DNA of 64,000 nt, from positions 1 to 64,000 of IMG/VR virus record IMGVR_UViG_3300036766_000194; one strand, written 5' to 3'. Under the pieces are notes generated by a model. That model worked only from the letters and a program-made list of their open reading frames with translations, had not been told where the DNA came from and did not search any database. Both the position numbers and the translations under genes were made by a program. Every line of letters starts with the position of its first letter. Within the stretch, counting starts at the first letter, position 1. This document shows positions 24,826 through 34,015 of this stretch, piece after piece.

Positions 24826-26141
24826 CCCCCATTAAAAAGGAAGAAAAGAAGAAAGCCACTGTAGCAGACAAGGATCCGCGTGAACTTACTCCTAAAGAAC
24901 GTCGCGATAAGTTTCTAGCTCTGAAGAAAGCCAACATTAAATCCGAGGACTGGCGCATTCAAAAATCCGAAGTAGCCGAAGAGAAAATCCCCTTCGGTAT
25001 GATTGCTTTGGACAACGCTATGCAACTGGGTGGTCTACCCCGTCGTGGTAGAGTTATTCAGTTTCATGGTCAAGAACACGGCGGTAAGTCTACCATGTGC
25101 TGTAAGACCGTTGCAAATTATCAGGCGCAGACTGGTGAACCTGCTATGATCTGCGACTTTGAAGGAACTTTGTCCTGGAACTACTTACAAGCTATTGGTG
25201 TTGACCCCGACCTGGCGGAACTTTACACTCCGGACTCCGTTCAAGCCTGCTGTGCTAAGGTTATGGAATTCATGTTGGCGGGAACTCGTTTGTTTGTATT
25301 TGACTCTATTCCCGCTATGAAGGAAAAGATTGAAGCCAAAGAAATCATGAAGGGTTCAAAGGGTAAAGCATTCGCGGCTAATTACGCTGCACATGCTAAG
25401 ACTATGCAGCGTTTCTTTGACTTGATGATTCCGCACGCCAAGGAACATAATTGTACGTTCCTTATGGTGAACCAGGTTCGTGACCGTATTGATGGTACGC
25501 GTGAAGCTGAAATGGCTCAAAAGTATCCTTCGTTTACTAACCTTCCCTACATTTTGCCTGGTGGCCGCGCAAGCCGTTACTTGATGTCTGCTATGATTGA
25601 AGTTAATGTCAAGAAGGCGTGGAAAGCAGGCAAGGCTTATACCAGAGATGGTAGGGTGAATGACTGGGTTCTTGGCCCCGAACTCCCTGTAAATCAACAG
25701 GGTGATTTCATTGCCACTGAAGTTGTAGCTCGTGTTCTTAAGAACAAAATGAGTGGAGGTGGGTACCGGGGTGGAACGCTTTGGATGCGTCCTGGTATGG
25801 GAGTTGATGACGATATGTCCGTTCGTCAATTAGCCTATGATTATGATCTAATTTCCAGTGTGGGTAAGAAGTGGATTGTAGGCGAAGCCGCTTCTCCTCT
25901 TACTACCTACAACACAAAGGCAGATGCTCTTGCGGACTTGGTAACTACGCCAAACCGTGAAATCTTGGACCGCCTCAAGCCTCTTGTTGCTAGTTATATT
26001 GATCGTGATAAGTCCACTCGTTTTGAATCTGATATTGATGACAATGTCCGTAGTTACATGGAAGGCGAAAAGGACTTTGTTGATCCTCTAGAAAATGATG
26101 ATGAAGTGATCGTTAAAAATATTGATGTTGAAGAGTTATAG
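24822..26141 (+). CDS. recA: RecA/UvsX recombinase
   Basis: GGLPRRGRVIQFHGQEHGGKST, FVFDSIPAM, NQVRD, PGGRA, KNK motifs. Confidence 0.92.
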   Translation: MTPIKKEEKKKATVADKDPRELTPKERRDKFLALKKANIKSEDWRIQKSEVAEEKIPFGMIALDNAMQLGGLPRRGRVIQFHGQEHGGKSTMCCKTVANYQAQTGEPAMICDFEGTLSWNYLQAIGVDPDLAELYTPDSVQACCAKVMEFMLAGTRLFVFDSIPAMKEKIEAKEIMKGSKGKAFAANYAAHAKTMQRFFDLMIPHAKEHNCTFLMVNQVRDRIDGTREAEMAQKYPSFTNLPYILPGGRASRYLMSAMIEVNVKKAWKAGKAYTRDGRVNDWVLGPELPVNQQGDFIATEVVARVLKNKMSGGGYRGGTLWMRPGMGVDDDMSVRQLAYDYDLISSVGKKWIVGEAASPLTTYNTKADALADLVTTPNREILDRLKPLVASYIDRDKSTRFESDIDDNVRSYMEGEKDFVDPLENDDEVIVKNIDVEEL

Positions 26142-26576
26142 GTGAATCCTACAATGAAAGACTACTTTCTTCTAAGGAGCAAGTCCTCGGGTAAGTACTA
26201 CCGGAAGGTCCCATCCTTGGGAGGAGTAATCGCTTCTCAGGATGGTGTGCTGGATAATCCCACTTCATTGTTACAGCTGTTCTTTTTTGAAACTCCCGAA
26301 CAAGCCTTCAACTTTCTTAAAACTACAGGTGGAGGACTACCTCAAGATGACACAGAGGTTGTTCCGGTCACCCTTACTGTAAAGAATGTAGTCCCTTTGT
26401 ATGAAGCCGTGTTTACTGTTGAAGAATCTTTCACTCCCACCATTGAGTTACCTATAGCTCCTTCCAGTTATCGTTGTAACAAATGTAGCAGAGAGTATTC
26501 TATTATGAAATTGGGAGAAGTATGCGGGGCACCAATAGGACATTCTCACACAAGTTGTGATGGCGTGATAAAATGA
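26142..26576 (+). CDS. Hypothetical protein with C-terminal Cys motif
   Basis: CNKC...C...C. Confidence 0.6.
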   Translation: MNPTMKDYFLLRSKSSGKYYRKVPSLGGVIASQDGVLDNPTSLLQLFFFETPEQAFNFLKTTGGGLPQDDTEVVPVTLTVKNVVPLYEAVFTVEESFTPTIELPIAPSSYRCNKCSREYSIMKLGEVCGAPIGHSHTSCDGVIK

Positions 26577-27730
26577 AATTTAGTGGTAGGAATTTCCAGG
26601 CATGGGAAAAATTCGATCTAGATGTTCAGGGGCTTACGGTAATAACTGGCCCGTCTGATAAGGGTAAGTCAGCACTATTCCGCGCTCTAAAGGGACTATT
26701 CTACAATAAACTGTCCGAGTCCTATATTCGTGATGGACAAGAATCTTTAGAACTCACCGTAGAAATTGACGGCCATACCATAACAGCGAAGCGTAAACGT
26801 GAAAGTTCTTCTAAGTATACTGTGGATGGTAAAGAATTTGTTAAATTAGCCGGGGGTCGTCCCGAGACATTAAAGGCATTGGGAGTTAATGAGATTCGCA
26901 TAGGGGACACAGAACTTGATCCTATTTTTGCTTCTCAAAATGAAGAACAATTTCTAATTCAAGGAGTTTCCCCCGCTGAACTAAACAATATCCTCGGGGG
27001 ATTTGCTAGTACGGAGAAATTAGAACAAGGTAAACGTGAAGCTAATCTCCGCATAACGCAAAAGAATTCTGAGGCTCGCACTCTAGCTGTAGAGATTCAT
27101 GATGCTGAAGTACGCAAGGCTAAATTTGAAGAAAAAAGTATTTCTTTGATTCCTATCCTTGAAGACGTCACATTGATGGAAGAAATCGTCAAAAAATTAG
27201 AAGAAAGAGCTGACATAACCGAAATTGCCTTAGTTCACTTGTTAAACGTAAGATTATACCAAACAATACTTAATCGCATTGTCGTTCCCGATATTATACC
27301 TTTGGTCACTATGTTTCAAAGAGCCAAAACTGCTTACACTGCTCTATGCGCTTATGATGCCCAAACTCGTCACGTCTACCACCAGATGAAGATAGAAGAA
27401 ACCGTTGCTGCGTGGCGTGAAGTCAAGAAAATATACCTGGGTGTCCTGGCAGCCAGAGAAATTATAGTTGCTCAGAAAATTAAGAACCAAGCCGCTGAGT
27501 TGTCTAAGATAAACTTAAAGGATGAAACACTCATTGTTAAAATCCTTGACGGTATTAAGATTGCTAGAGAGTGTAGGTCTCGTCTAGCTGCTGTTGCTGA
27601 GCTAAAGAACTTTGAAATGGATTTGACTAATAAAATAGAAGAGCTATTGAATTCTGAAAAATGTCTCCACGAAACATTTTCTAAGGAAGTAATGATTTGT
27701 CCAAAATGTGGTGAAAGGTTTGTAAGATGA
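26573..27730 (+). CDS. Rad50/SbcC-like ATPase, N-terminal half ending at the zinc hook
   Basis: NFQAW, GPSDKGKS Walker A, Q-loop FASQ, coiled coil, terminal CPKCG. No signature or Walker B. Confidence 0.85.
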   Translation: MKFSGRNFQAWEKFDLDVQGLTVITGPSDKGKSALFRALKGLFYNKLSESYIRDGQESLELTVEIDGHTITAKRKRESSSKYTVDGKEFVKLAGGRPETLKALGVNEIRIGDTELDPIFASQNEEQFLIQGVSPAELNNILGGFASTEKLEQGKREANLRITQKNSEARTLAVEIHDAEVRKAKFEEKSISLIPILEDVTLMEEIVKKLEERADITEIALVHLLNVRLYQTILNRIVVPDIIPLVTMFQRAKTAYTALCAYDAQTRHVYHQMKIEETVAAWREVKKIYLGVLAAREIIVAQKIKNQAAELSKINLKDETLIVKILDGIKIARECRSRLAAVAELKNFEMDLTNKIEELLNSEKCLHETFSKEVMICPKCGERFVR

Positions 27731-28005
27731 ACTTCAAAGAAACCGAACAAGAAATACATGATCTTCAAGCCAGAGTAAAGGTTTTATCTACAAAGAGGGA
27801 TGGTATTATCCGCCAAGCTGGAAGCGAAGAGCAGAAGCTCCAGGAGGCTTACGCAAGATTGCGTGAGCTAGGTGTAGAGAATCCAGAGAAGCTCTCTACG
27901 GATGCCCTGGAGGGGTTAGCTGGCAGTTTACAGACGCAGTTAGGAGTAGCGGTAGCCGAACTTACTGCTAAGGTGGCGGAGGGAGAACGGCTGTTGTCGC
28001 AATAG
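27727..28005 (+). CDS. Small coiled-coil protein
   Basis: Heptad-rich 92 aa, coupled to the upstream gene. Confidence 0.7.
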   Translation: MNFKETEQEIHDLQARVKVLSTKRDGIIRQAGSEEQKLQEAYARLRELGVENPEKLSTDALEGLAGSLQTQLGVAVAELTAKVAEGERLLSQ

Positions 28006-28006
28006 T

Positions 28007-28564
28007 ATGAATTATCATGATTTGTATAACAAGCTGTTAGAAAAAACTCAAGCGGGAAGATGGGTTGTGGAAGAACCAACAGGACAATTGTTGATTCAAG
28101 GAGTAGGATTCAAGAAAATCGGGGAAGAAGAAACCGATTATGGAACGGGCGCGCATAGGGATAAACGACGTGGTAAGGGTGCGTTACAATTTGTTCCCTG
28201 GGATGCTATGTTTCTCGTCTCCCGCATCTATGAGGAAGGCAATATAGGACGTGGTCGCCCCGGAGAAAACGGGAATGACCGTAACTGGGAGAACGGGATG
28301 CCTATACAGGATCTTGTCCAGTCAGCTCTTAATCATTTGACAGCTTACTTGGCGGGGGACCGTAACGAACCTCATCTTCCTCAAGCTGTGTGGAACACCT
28401 TAAATGCTATTGCTATGAGTATCTGGGTATATATGGGGTGGCGTCCCGCGTCACTCAATAAATGTGTGAACCAACGGGGAGGAATGCCTGATGATGCTTC
28501 TCCGTGCCCATTGTCTCCACAAGAGATTGAGTGGTTGAAAGTGAAGGGGATTGAAAAGAAGTGA
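28007..28564 (+). CDS. dATP/dGTP diphosphohydrolase domain protein (DUF5664-like)
   Basis: GA.RD...GKG...VP, NWENG, SALNHL.AYL.GD..EPHL..A.WN. Confidence 0.75.
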   Translation: MNYHDLYNKLLEKTQAGRWVVEEPTGQLLIQGVGFKKIGEEETDYGTGAHRDKRRGKGALQFVPWDAMFLVSRIYEEGNIGRGRPGENGNDRNWENGMPIQDLVQSALNHLTAYLAGDRNEPHLPQAVWNTLNAIAMSIWVYMGWRPASLNKCVNQRGGMPDDASPCPLSPQEIEWLKVKGIEKK

Positions 28565-28962
28565 CAAAACTAGAATGCGGCCTTGAGGTTCTGAGAATCT
28601 GCGCAGAGCATGACATATGCGAGATGGTTTGGTGGCGTACAGATGATGAGTACGCGCCTGTCACGTTCTTGGTCAACGTGAATGACCAATTCTACCCCGC
28701 TGCAGATGCCGAGGCTATCACACCAGAAAACTTAGATGTGTTTAAGCAGGCAGTTGCTGATTGCGCAGAATTGGACCGTCAACAGCCGCCCACCCCGGAA
28801 GACATCGGTAAAGGAACGGATGGATACGCCATCTCTCGTGCCGATGTACTGTTTGTGGCCCGGTTGCGAAAGACCCGGCTTTGGAAACGGAAGCACGAGA
28901 AGTATCCGACACGTCTACAGCCGTTGCTGTTGGCTGCCGGGGATACGGGATGCGGGTGGTGA
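28561..28962 (+). CDS. Hypothetical protein
   Basis: Coupled ORF. Confidence 0.65.
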   Translation: MTKLECGLEVLRICAEHDICEMVWWRTDDEYAPVTFLVNVNDQFYPAADAEAITPENLDVFKQAVADCAELDRQQPPTPEDIGKGTDGYAISRADVLFVARLRKTRLWKRKHEKYPTRLQPLLLAAGDTGCGW

Positions 28963-28968
28963 GGTAAC

Positions 28969-29871
28969 ATGAGCAATCGTAAAACTCTTATTTGGGCTTA
29001 CAACATGGAGACAGGACGGCAGACCCGCGTAGCCAAAGTCTCGGACATTCTACTTCCGTGGGTTCCTGGCCGAGTTCCTCTAAGGAACACTAAGTGCAAC
29101 GACTGCGGGATTGAACTCTCTGACAGAAAATTGAGTCCTTGCTTGGACAAAGTTCTTCGCTGTAAGGATTGTGGAAGTTTCGTGTGGACTTTGAAGCAAT
29201 ACGGAATGACATTGGAGGATTTTCAAAAGCTGTCTGACAAACAGGGGAGCAAATGTGCCATCTGTAAAGAACTCCCTAAAGATGGTCAAAGGCTTTGCGT
29301 GGATCATGACCACAGCACAGGAAAGGTGCGTGGGTTGCTTTGCCGTTCTTGTAATCTCCTTCTCGGAAATTTGAAGGACAAATTGGCCAATGCACGCGCC
29401 GTTGTTTCCTACCTTTTGCGTCACGACGGACGTAGAAGTTGGGACCATTATTTCTTGGATATTGCAGAAGCGACAGCAACAAGAAGCAAGGATACCTCCG
29501 CCCAAGTCGGAGCTGTGCTGGTTAGAGATAGACAGGTGCTCGCAACGGGATATAATGGATTCCCGTCTGGTGTGAACGATGCTGTGCCAGAACGCCATGA
29601 ACGCCCCGCAAAATATATGTGGACTGTCCACGCCGAAGTGAATGCAATTTTGCAAGCAGGCAAACACGGTATTAGCACAGACAAAGCTACCCTGTATGTC
29701 AATCCGCTTTCACCGTGTTTGAATTGTGCCAAAGCTATAGTGCAAGCAGGAGTTAGAGAAGTCGTTTGCCCGAATCCGGGATCACTTGGGACTGGTGATG
29801 CTGCGGTTGAATTGGGAAAAGCTCTAGAGCTTCTGGCAGCAGCAAAGGTGCTAATTAGAAAACCCGATTAA
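28969..29871 (+). CDS. Endonuclease VII-like domain fused to dCMP deaminase
   Basis: CAIC...VDHDHSTGKVRGLLCRSCN, then WDHYFL..A...RSKD, GYNG, HAEVNAI, PCLNC. Confidence 0.9.
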   Translation: MSNRKTLIWAYNMETGRQTRVAKVSDILLPWVPGRVPLRNTKCNDCGIELSDRKLSPCLDKVLRCKDCGSFVWTLKQYGMTLEDFQKLSDKQGSKCAICKELPKDGQRLCVDHDHSTGKVRGLLCRSCNLLLGNLKDKLANARAVVSYLLRHDGRRSWDHYFLDIAEATATRSKDTSAQVGAVLVRDRQVLATGYNGFPSGVNDAVPERHERPAKYMWTVHAEVNAILQAGKHGISTDKATLYVNPLSPCLNCAKAIVQAGVREVVCPNPGSLGTGDAAVELGKALELLAAAKVLIRKPD

Positions 29872-29886
29872 AGAAAGAGGAGAATC

Positions 29887-30195
29887 ATGCCGACATTTCG
29901 AGAAGAAGTGAAGAGATTAGTGGGGCAGACTGCAGTGGGGTCGCCAACGGAAAATAGAGTGTTTTACCTTGTCCTTGACTCAACCGATCCCAACATTCTG
30001 GCAAGACTTATTGGGAATCTTTTCAAAACACTAGAAGAAAAGAAGATTCTAGCTCCCGCAGATATTGATGCTCTTTTGGCTGACAGCATTAGTCCTGAGG
30101 CTTCTGAACTTTTGAGAGGGAAGACTCTGGAGCAGTATCTTGAAGATTATCCAGAGGCCGCGCCGGGGAATAATCCGGTTGAGGCCCAGAGATAA
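29887..30195 (+). CDS. Hypothetical protein
   Basis: RBS gaggag. Confidence 0.65.
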   Translation: MPTFREEVKRLVGQTAVGSPTENRVFYLVLDSTDPNILARLIGNLFKTLEEKKILAPADIDALLADSISPEASELLRGKTLEQYLEDYPEAAPGNNPVEAQR

Positions 30196-30475
30196 TCGCT
30201 CCCGCCGCGACCGCTAACTGTTCTAATCTCTTATACATGCCGTTGAAGCGCCACTCCGACAGACGCGGGTAGTGGCAGGCGTGAGTAACGCAGTATCCCA
30301 GCCAGAAAGAATAGGCTTCTTGGGCGACAATCTTGGCCTCGCCGTCTGCTACATCTACGATGTTTTTGAGGTAATCCGCGAAGGTATCTTCGGCCTCTTT
30401 GGTGAGGTCTTTCTCGATGCAAAACCAGTCCCAGGTTGCCCGGATGGCGACGCCCGTCTCGTTAGAAAGTTCCAT
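30089..30475 (-). CDS. Hypothetical protein
   Basis: ATG 30475 after ggagg. Convergent 3' overlap with the neighbour. Confidence 0.55.
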   Translation of the reverse strand: MELSNETGVAIRATWDWFCIEKDLTKEAEDTFADYLKNIVDVADGEAKIVAQEAYSFWLGYCVTHACHYPRLSEWRFNGMYKRLEQLAVAAGAIISGPQPDYSPARPLDNLQDTAPESSLSKVQKPQD

Positions 30476-30603
30476 GAACCCTCCGGTCAAAATATTGCCA
30501 TCTAATTTGAATACGGTATTACAGAAGTAGGAGGCAAATTGAGAACACCCGACGGGAAGTCATTTTATCCTATTGTAGCATATACCCTGGCTCCCAGCCC
30601 ATA

Positions 30604-31953
30604 GTGGCCGTGGACACAGAAACTGGTATGAAATTTTCTCCCAATAGGATTGATACCAACAAACCTCTCAAAGAGGGAGATAGAGTGACTGCGCCACTCG
30701 AAGTCATTAAGCAGTACGTGGAGAATCAGAAAATGTCTGACCAGAAGCGTGGCATAAAAGGACGAGTGTATTTGACACCAGAAGAGGTGTCTCCCGCTGC
30801 GCAAGCATTCGGCTGCGACCGCTTCGTCTATAACCACCTTTTGGAATTTGAGCAGAATAGGTATGCCACAGACCAGACCAAAACAAACAAGAAAGACAGG
30901 AACATCGAATTCAATCGTCTCAAGCAAGAATTTCCTTGGCTGTATGATGTCAACGCTCAGATGCTTCAGCAGTCCACGAGGAAACTGGATACAGCGTGGG
31001 ACAATTTCTTCGCCACCTGCAAAACAACGAAACATTGGAGACGCCCGAAGTTCAAAAAGAAAACGAACAGGCAGTCAGCACGGTTCACCAAAGGTTCATT
31101 CAAGTTCGAGAACGGCGTGCTCACCCTCTCCAAAATTGGAGACATCTCAATACCTTGGTATCGCCGAGTAAAAGGCGAGCCATCATCTGTCGTTCTTAGC
31201 ATGACGCCTTCGGGTCGATATTATGCGTCGTTTCAAGTCGAGCAGCCGTTGCGTGTAGTCGGCTCCGCAATCAATCAGGTTGCCTCAATTGACATCAACA
31301 CCAAGACTTTCAATTTCTTTAACGGCAGGACGTATTCGCATGTTGCTCTGCCCCGCCCGTTGCTCGGTGCTCTGTCGCGGCTCCGCACGGCACAGAAGCA
31401 CCTGAGCCGCTGCACCAAAGGCTCCAAGAATCGGGAGAAAGCCCGTCTCAAAGTCGCCAAGATTCACCAGCGGGTGTCAGACATCCGCACTGATTTTCTC
31501 CAGAAGTTAAGCACTCAACTTGTTCACGAGAACCAAGTGATAGTAGTTGAAACGCTTCGCACCAAGAACATGCTCAAGAATCGCCATCTGTCTCGTGCAA
31601 TTTCAGATGCAGGCTTCGGCGGCTTCCTCCGCATGTTGGAATACAAGTGCAAGTGGTATGGCAGAATGCTCGTCAAAGTAAACACGTTCTTCCCATCATC
31701 AAAGTTGTGCTGCATTTGTCGAGAGAAGAATGCAGACCTCAAACTCCAAGACCGCTGGCAGTGCCCGAATTGCAAGACGGAACACCAGCGAGACGAGAAT
31801 GCTGTCGTAAACATTTTCGTAGAGGGTTTGAGAATCTTAGCCGAGGGACGCTCGGTATCAGCCTGCGGAGGCACAGCAAGACCTAATCGCAAGATTAGGC
31901 GTGTGCCTGTGAAGCAGGAAACATCGTTGGAGACGAGCAGCAATGCTGCTTAG
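30604..31953 (+). CDS. tnpB: TnpB (IS200/IS605 RNA-guided nuclease) with N-terminal extension containing a TnpA tail
   Basis: FGCDRFVYN, P.FKKK, RuvC SID / VVETL / RDENA, Zn finger CCIC...CPNC. Typical TnpB body starts near ATG 30733. Confidence 0.92.
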   Translation: MAVDTETGMKFSPNRIDTNKPLKEGDRVTAPLEVIKQYVENQKMSDQKRGIKGRVYLTPEEVSPAAQAFGCDRFVYNHLLEFEQNRYATDQTKTNKKDRNIEFNRLKQEFPWLYDVNAQMLQQSTRKLDTAWDNFFATCKTTKHWRRPKFKKKTNRQSARFTKGSFKFENGVLTLSKIGDISIPWYRRVKGEPSSVVLSMTPSGRYYASFQVEQPLRVVGSAINQVASIDINTKTFNFFNGRTYSHVALPRPLLGALSRLRTAQKHLSRCTKGSKNREKARLKVAKIHQRVSDIRTDFLQKLSTQLVHENQVIVVETLRTKNMLKNRHLSRAISDAGFGGFLRMLEYKCKWYGRMLVKVNTFFPSSKLCCICREKNADLKLQDRWQCPNCKTEHQRDENAVVNIFVEGLRILAEGRSVSACGGTARPNRKIRRVPVKQETSLETSSNAA

Positions 31954-31961
31954 TAACTCCA

Positions 31962-31995
31962 AAGAATCCCCCGCCTTTAGGCGTGGGAGTCTCAC
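31962..31995 (+). mobile_element. IS200/IS605 right end (3' scaffold of reRNA)
   Basis: aagaatcccccgcctttaggcgtgggagtctcac: subterminal hairpin typical of IS605 right ends, ending TCAC. Confidence 0.8.
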
Positions 31996-32015
31996 GACGA
32001 CGCGGACCAGTCGTG

Positions 32016-32141
32016 ATGTCACGTAGTAAACAACTGAAAAGAAGAATTCAAAACCGACACCGTCGGAGGCAGAAAATTCAAAATTTCAAACGGCAACCCA
32101 AAATCCTAACCCCGTTACCAAGCCACAGCCTCTGGCTGTAA
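32016..32141 (+). CDS. Small, very basic peptide (41 aa)
   Basis: MSRSKQLKRRIQNRHRRRQKIQNFKRQPK... No strong RBS. Confidence 0.3.
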   Translation: MSRSKQLKRRIQNRHRRRQKIQNFKRQPKILTPLPSHSLWL

Positions 32142-32324
32142 AATCTAACATCTGTAAACATAAGCGTTCCCGTAACCTTTGTGTCATATGTTCCGGCTGG
32201 TCAGTTTGCCTCTGGGTCCAGTGCGTTGGAGTTACAAACAGAGAGCCACTCTCCCCGGTGGTTATCCCAATGATGCGGATTGGGCAGCCCAGCAACTATT
32301 TGACGGCCTCCGGTGCCGTTGCAT

Positions 32325-33173
32325 TCAACACGGAGCCAATGGCTTGTAAGGGAACTTCCATCCTGGCGTCGCCTTCAATGCTTTTTTGGCGATGGCTATA
32401 AAGTTGATTTTAGACCCAGTTGCCGCCGCCACCGCCGCCGCCACCGCCGCCGCCTCCGTCGCCGCCTCCGTCGCCGCCCACATCGCCGCTTCCGCCAACG
32501 CCAGGTCCGCCCTTGCCAGCCCCCCTTCCGCCGCCGTCGCCGCGCCCACCGCCGCCGCCTCCGTCGCCGCCTCCGTCGCCGCCCACATCGCCGCTTCCGC
32601 CAACGCCAGGTCCGCCCTTGCCAGCCCCCCTTCCGCCGTCGCCGTCATCGCCGCTTCCGTTGCCACCCGCGCCGCCCTCTCCGCCGTCCTCGACGCAGCC
32701 GCCGATCTATCGTTCCCCGACATCCAGTTGTCGGCCCAAACATTCCATTTTTCATCTTTGCAAACTTCTTTCACGCAAAGAATTGCAAACATCACCCGCT
32801 GGGTCGGCGTTATAATCGGCAAGGAAATGCGCTTCGTGGTGGTGAGCCGACGGCAACCGACCTTGAGGCCGTAATCGTTCTTGCCGATTTTTCCTTGGGC
32901 CTCCCACAGTTGGGGATTCTGGAAATCCGCGTGTATAGGGTTCAGCAAAACAGCCAGGAGAGGATGAGTGTAAGCATGTATCCATCCAGGTCCGCACAAC
33001 TCCCCCTTGCCAGTGCCGGAATGCGTCACGCCCTCGCCCCATTGAGTTTCATCCCGTGTCTGTCCGCGTTCATTGGTCAATTTATAGAGTTTCATTTTCT
33101 CTCTCTCTCTCCTTTTCGGCGTCTCCCCGGTATCACCTTGATTTTGTGTTCCGTGTTTAGCTTTGCCAGCCAT
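32325..33173 (-). CDS. Phage protein with Ala-rich repeat C-terminus
   Basis: RBS ggagg. KLYKLT...WGEGVTH...LC..GWIHAY.HPLLA core, then AAT/AAE repeats. Confidence 0.75.
   Translation of the reverse strand: MAGKAKHGTQNQGDTGETPKRREREKMKLYKLTNERGQTRDETQWGEGVTHSGTGKGELCGPGWIHAYTHPLLAVLLNPIHADFQNPQLWEAQGKIGKNDYGLKVGCRRLTTTKRISLPIITPTQRVMFAILCVKEVCKDEKWNVWADNWMSGNDRSAAASRTAERAARVATEAAMTATAEGGLARADLALAEAAMWAATEAATEAAAVGAATAAEGGLARADLALAEAAMWAATEAATEAAAVAAAVAAATGSKINFIAIAKKALKATPGWKFPYKPLAPC
32441..32638 (+). repeat. 93-bp direct repeat, period 105 bp (32441-32533 = 32546-32638)
   Basis: Exact in-frame duplication inside the Ala-rich gene. Confidence 0.9.
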
Positions 33174-33178
33174 GGCAA

Positions 33179-33261
33179 CGTTCCTCCACTCTTATTCTAC
33201 TGTAGAGGATGGAAAAGAGTTAACAACTAACCTTTCCCCGTAGAATGAGGGTGGAGGAACG
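33179..33261. promoter_or_regulatory. Divergent promoter/RBS pair formed by a 22-bp inverted repeat
   Basis: gtagaataagagtggaggaacg (minus) versus gtagaatgagggtggaggaacg (plus): TAGAAT -10 plus GGAGG. Confidence 0.7.
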
Positions 33262-33262
33262 C

Positions 33263-33385
33263 ATGGATAAATTAACGCAGTTGCTATCGGTGATGGAGAT
33301 GACGCCGTCGGCGGCTTATTTTCTTACCAGATGGGCCAGAGAAAATCCAGCTGCGTCGGGACCTCGCCGCGTACTGCGCGGTTGA
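33263..33385 (+). CDS. Small hypothetical protein (40 aa)
   Basis: ATG right after a strong ggagg RBS. Confidence 0.4.
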   Translation: MDKLTQLLSVMEMTPSAAYFLTRWARENPAASGPRRVLRG

Positions 33386-33458
33386 CACCTTTGCTGTGGT
33401 AAAATTGCTGGAAAAGATAGAAGCTAGTTGTGTGGTCTCCCTCCCGTATTAACAGAGT

Positions 33459-33623
33459 ATGACAACAAAATCCTACACGCCCGGACATGATTTTGAACTT
33501 GATCTAGCCTATGGTCAGACGGGAGAACGTTGGATGAGGCACCGCTCGGTCCACGTTTGGGATAAATGCGCCGACGAACCCTCCTCCCTCCTAGCCCGCA
33601 TCCAACTGGAGGTGCCGAAATGA
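33459..33623 (+). CDS. Short ORF, possibly a truncated phage nuclease N-terminus
   Basis: DFELDLAYGQTGE motif. ATG 14 nt after CGTATTAA. Confidence 0.4.
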   Translation: MTTKSYTPGHDFELDLAYGQTGERWMRHRSVHVWDKCADEPSSLLARIQLEVPK

Positions 33624-33871
33624 ATACCGGAAAGTATAATCGCGGGCATCGAACAGGGTGCCCTTCGGATGTACCAGAAGGCTGGTACGGTTGTGGGTGT
33701 AGTTGCCAATGGCTTGAATTAGTTGATGCCGCCAGAAAAGAATCTGGATTTCATTGGCAGGAAGGAGTTTATTTTAAGCGTTTGGCGAACAAAATGGTTC
33801 AGATGAGAATTTTCGGGTCATACAACGGCACGCCTAACGTATCGAAAGGCTTTACAGTTTCACGACCCTGA
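33620..33871 (+). CDS. Hypothetical protein
   Basis: ATG 33620 after ggaggt, overlapping the upstream stop. Confidence 0.6.
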   Translation: MNTGKYNRGHRTGCPSDVPEGWYGCGCSCQWLELVDAARKESGFHWQEGVYFKRLANKMVQMRIFGSYNGTPNVSKGFTVSRP

Positions 33872-34015
33872 ATTTGAGCCAGAGCCAGCCGCCGCGAAGG
33901 AGAAGCCGTCTCCGGGAATAAGTGTTTCATGAACGCCGAAGTAGTATCTATTATTGAGGATGTTTGTTACGCAATAAACTGTATGAACTTTTCTACTGGG
34001 AATATGATATAGCCT

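Noticed and set aside
32313-33230. Poly-Pro, poly-Arg and poly-Ala plus-strand ORFs
   Set aside because: Shadow frames of the GCG/GCC-rich minus-strand gene, which has the RBS and a recognisable core.
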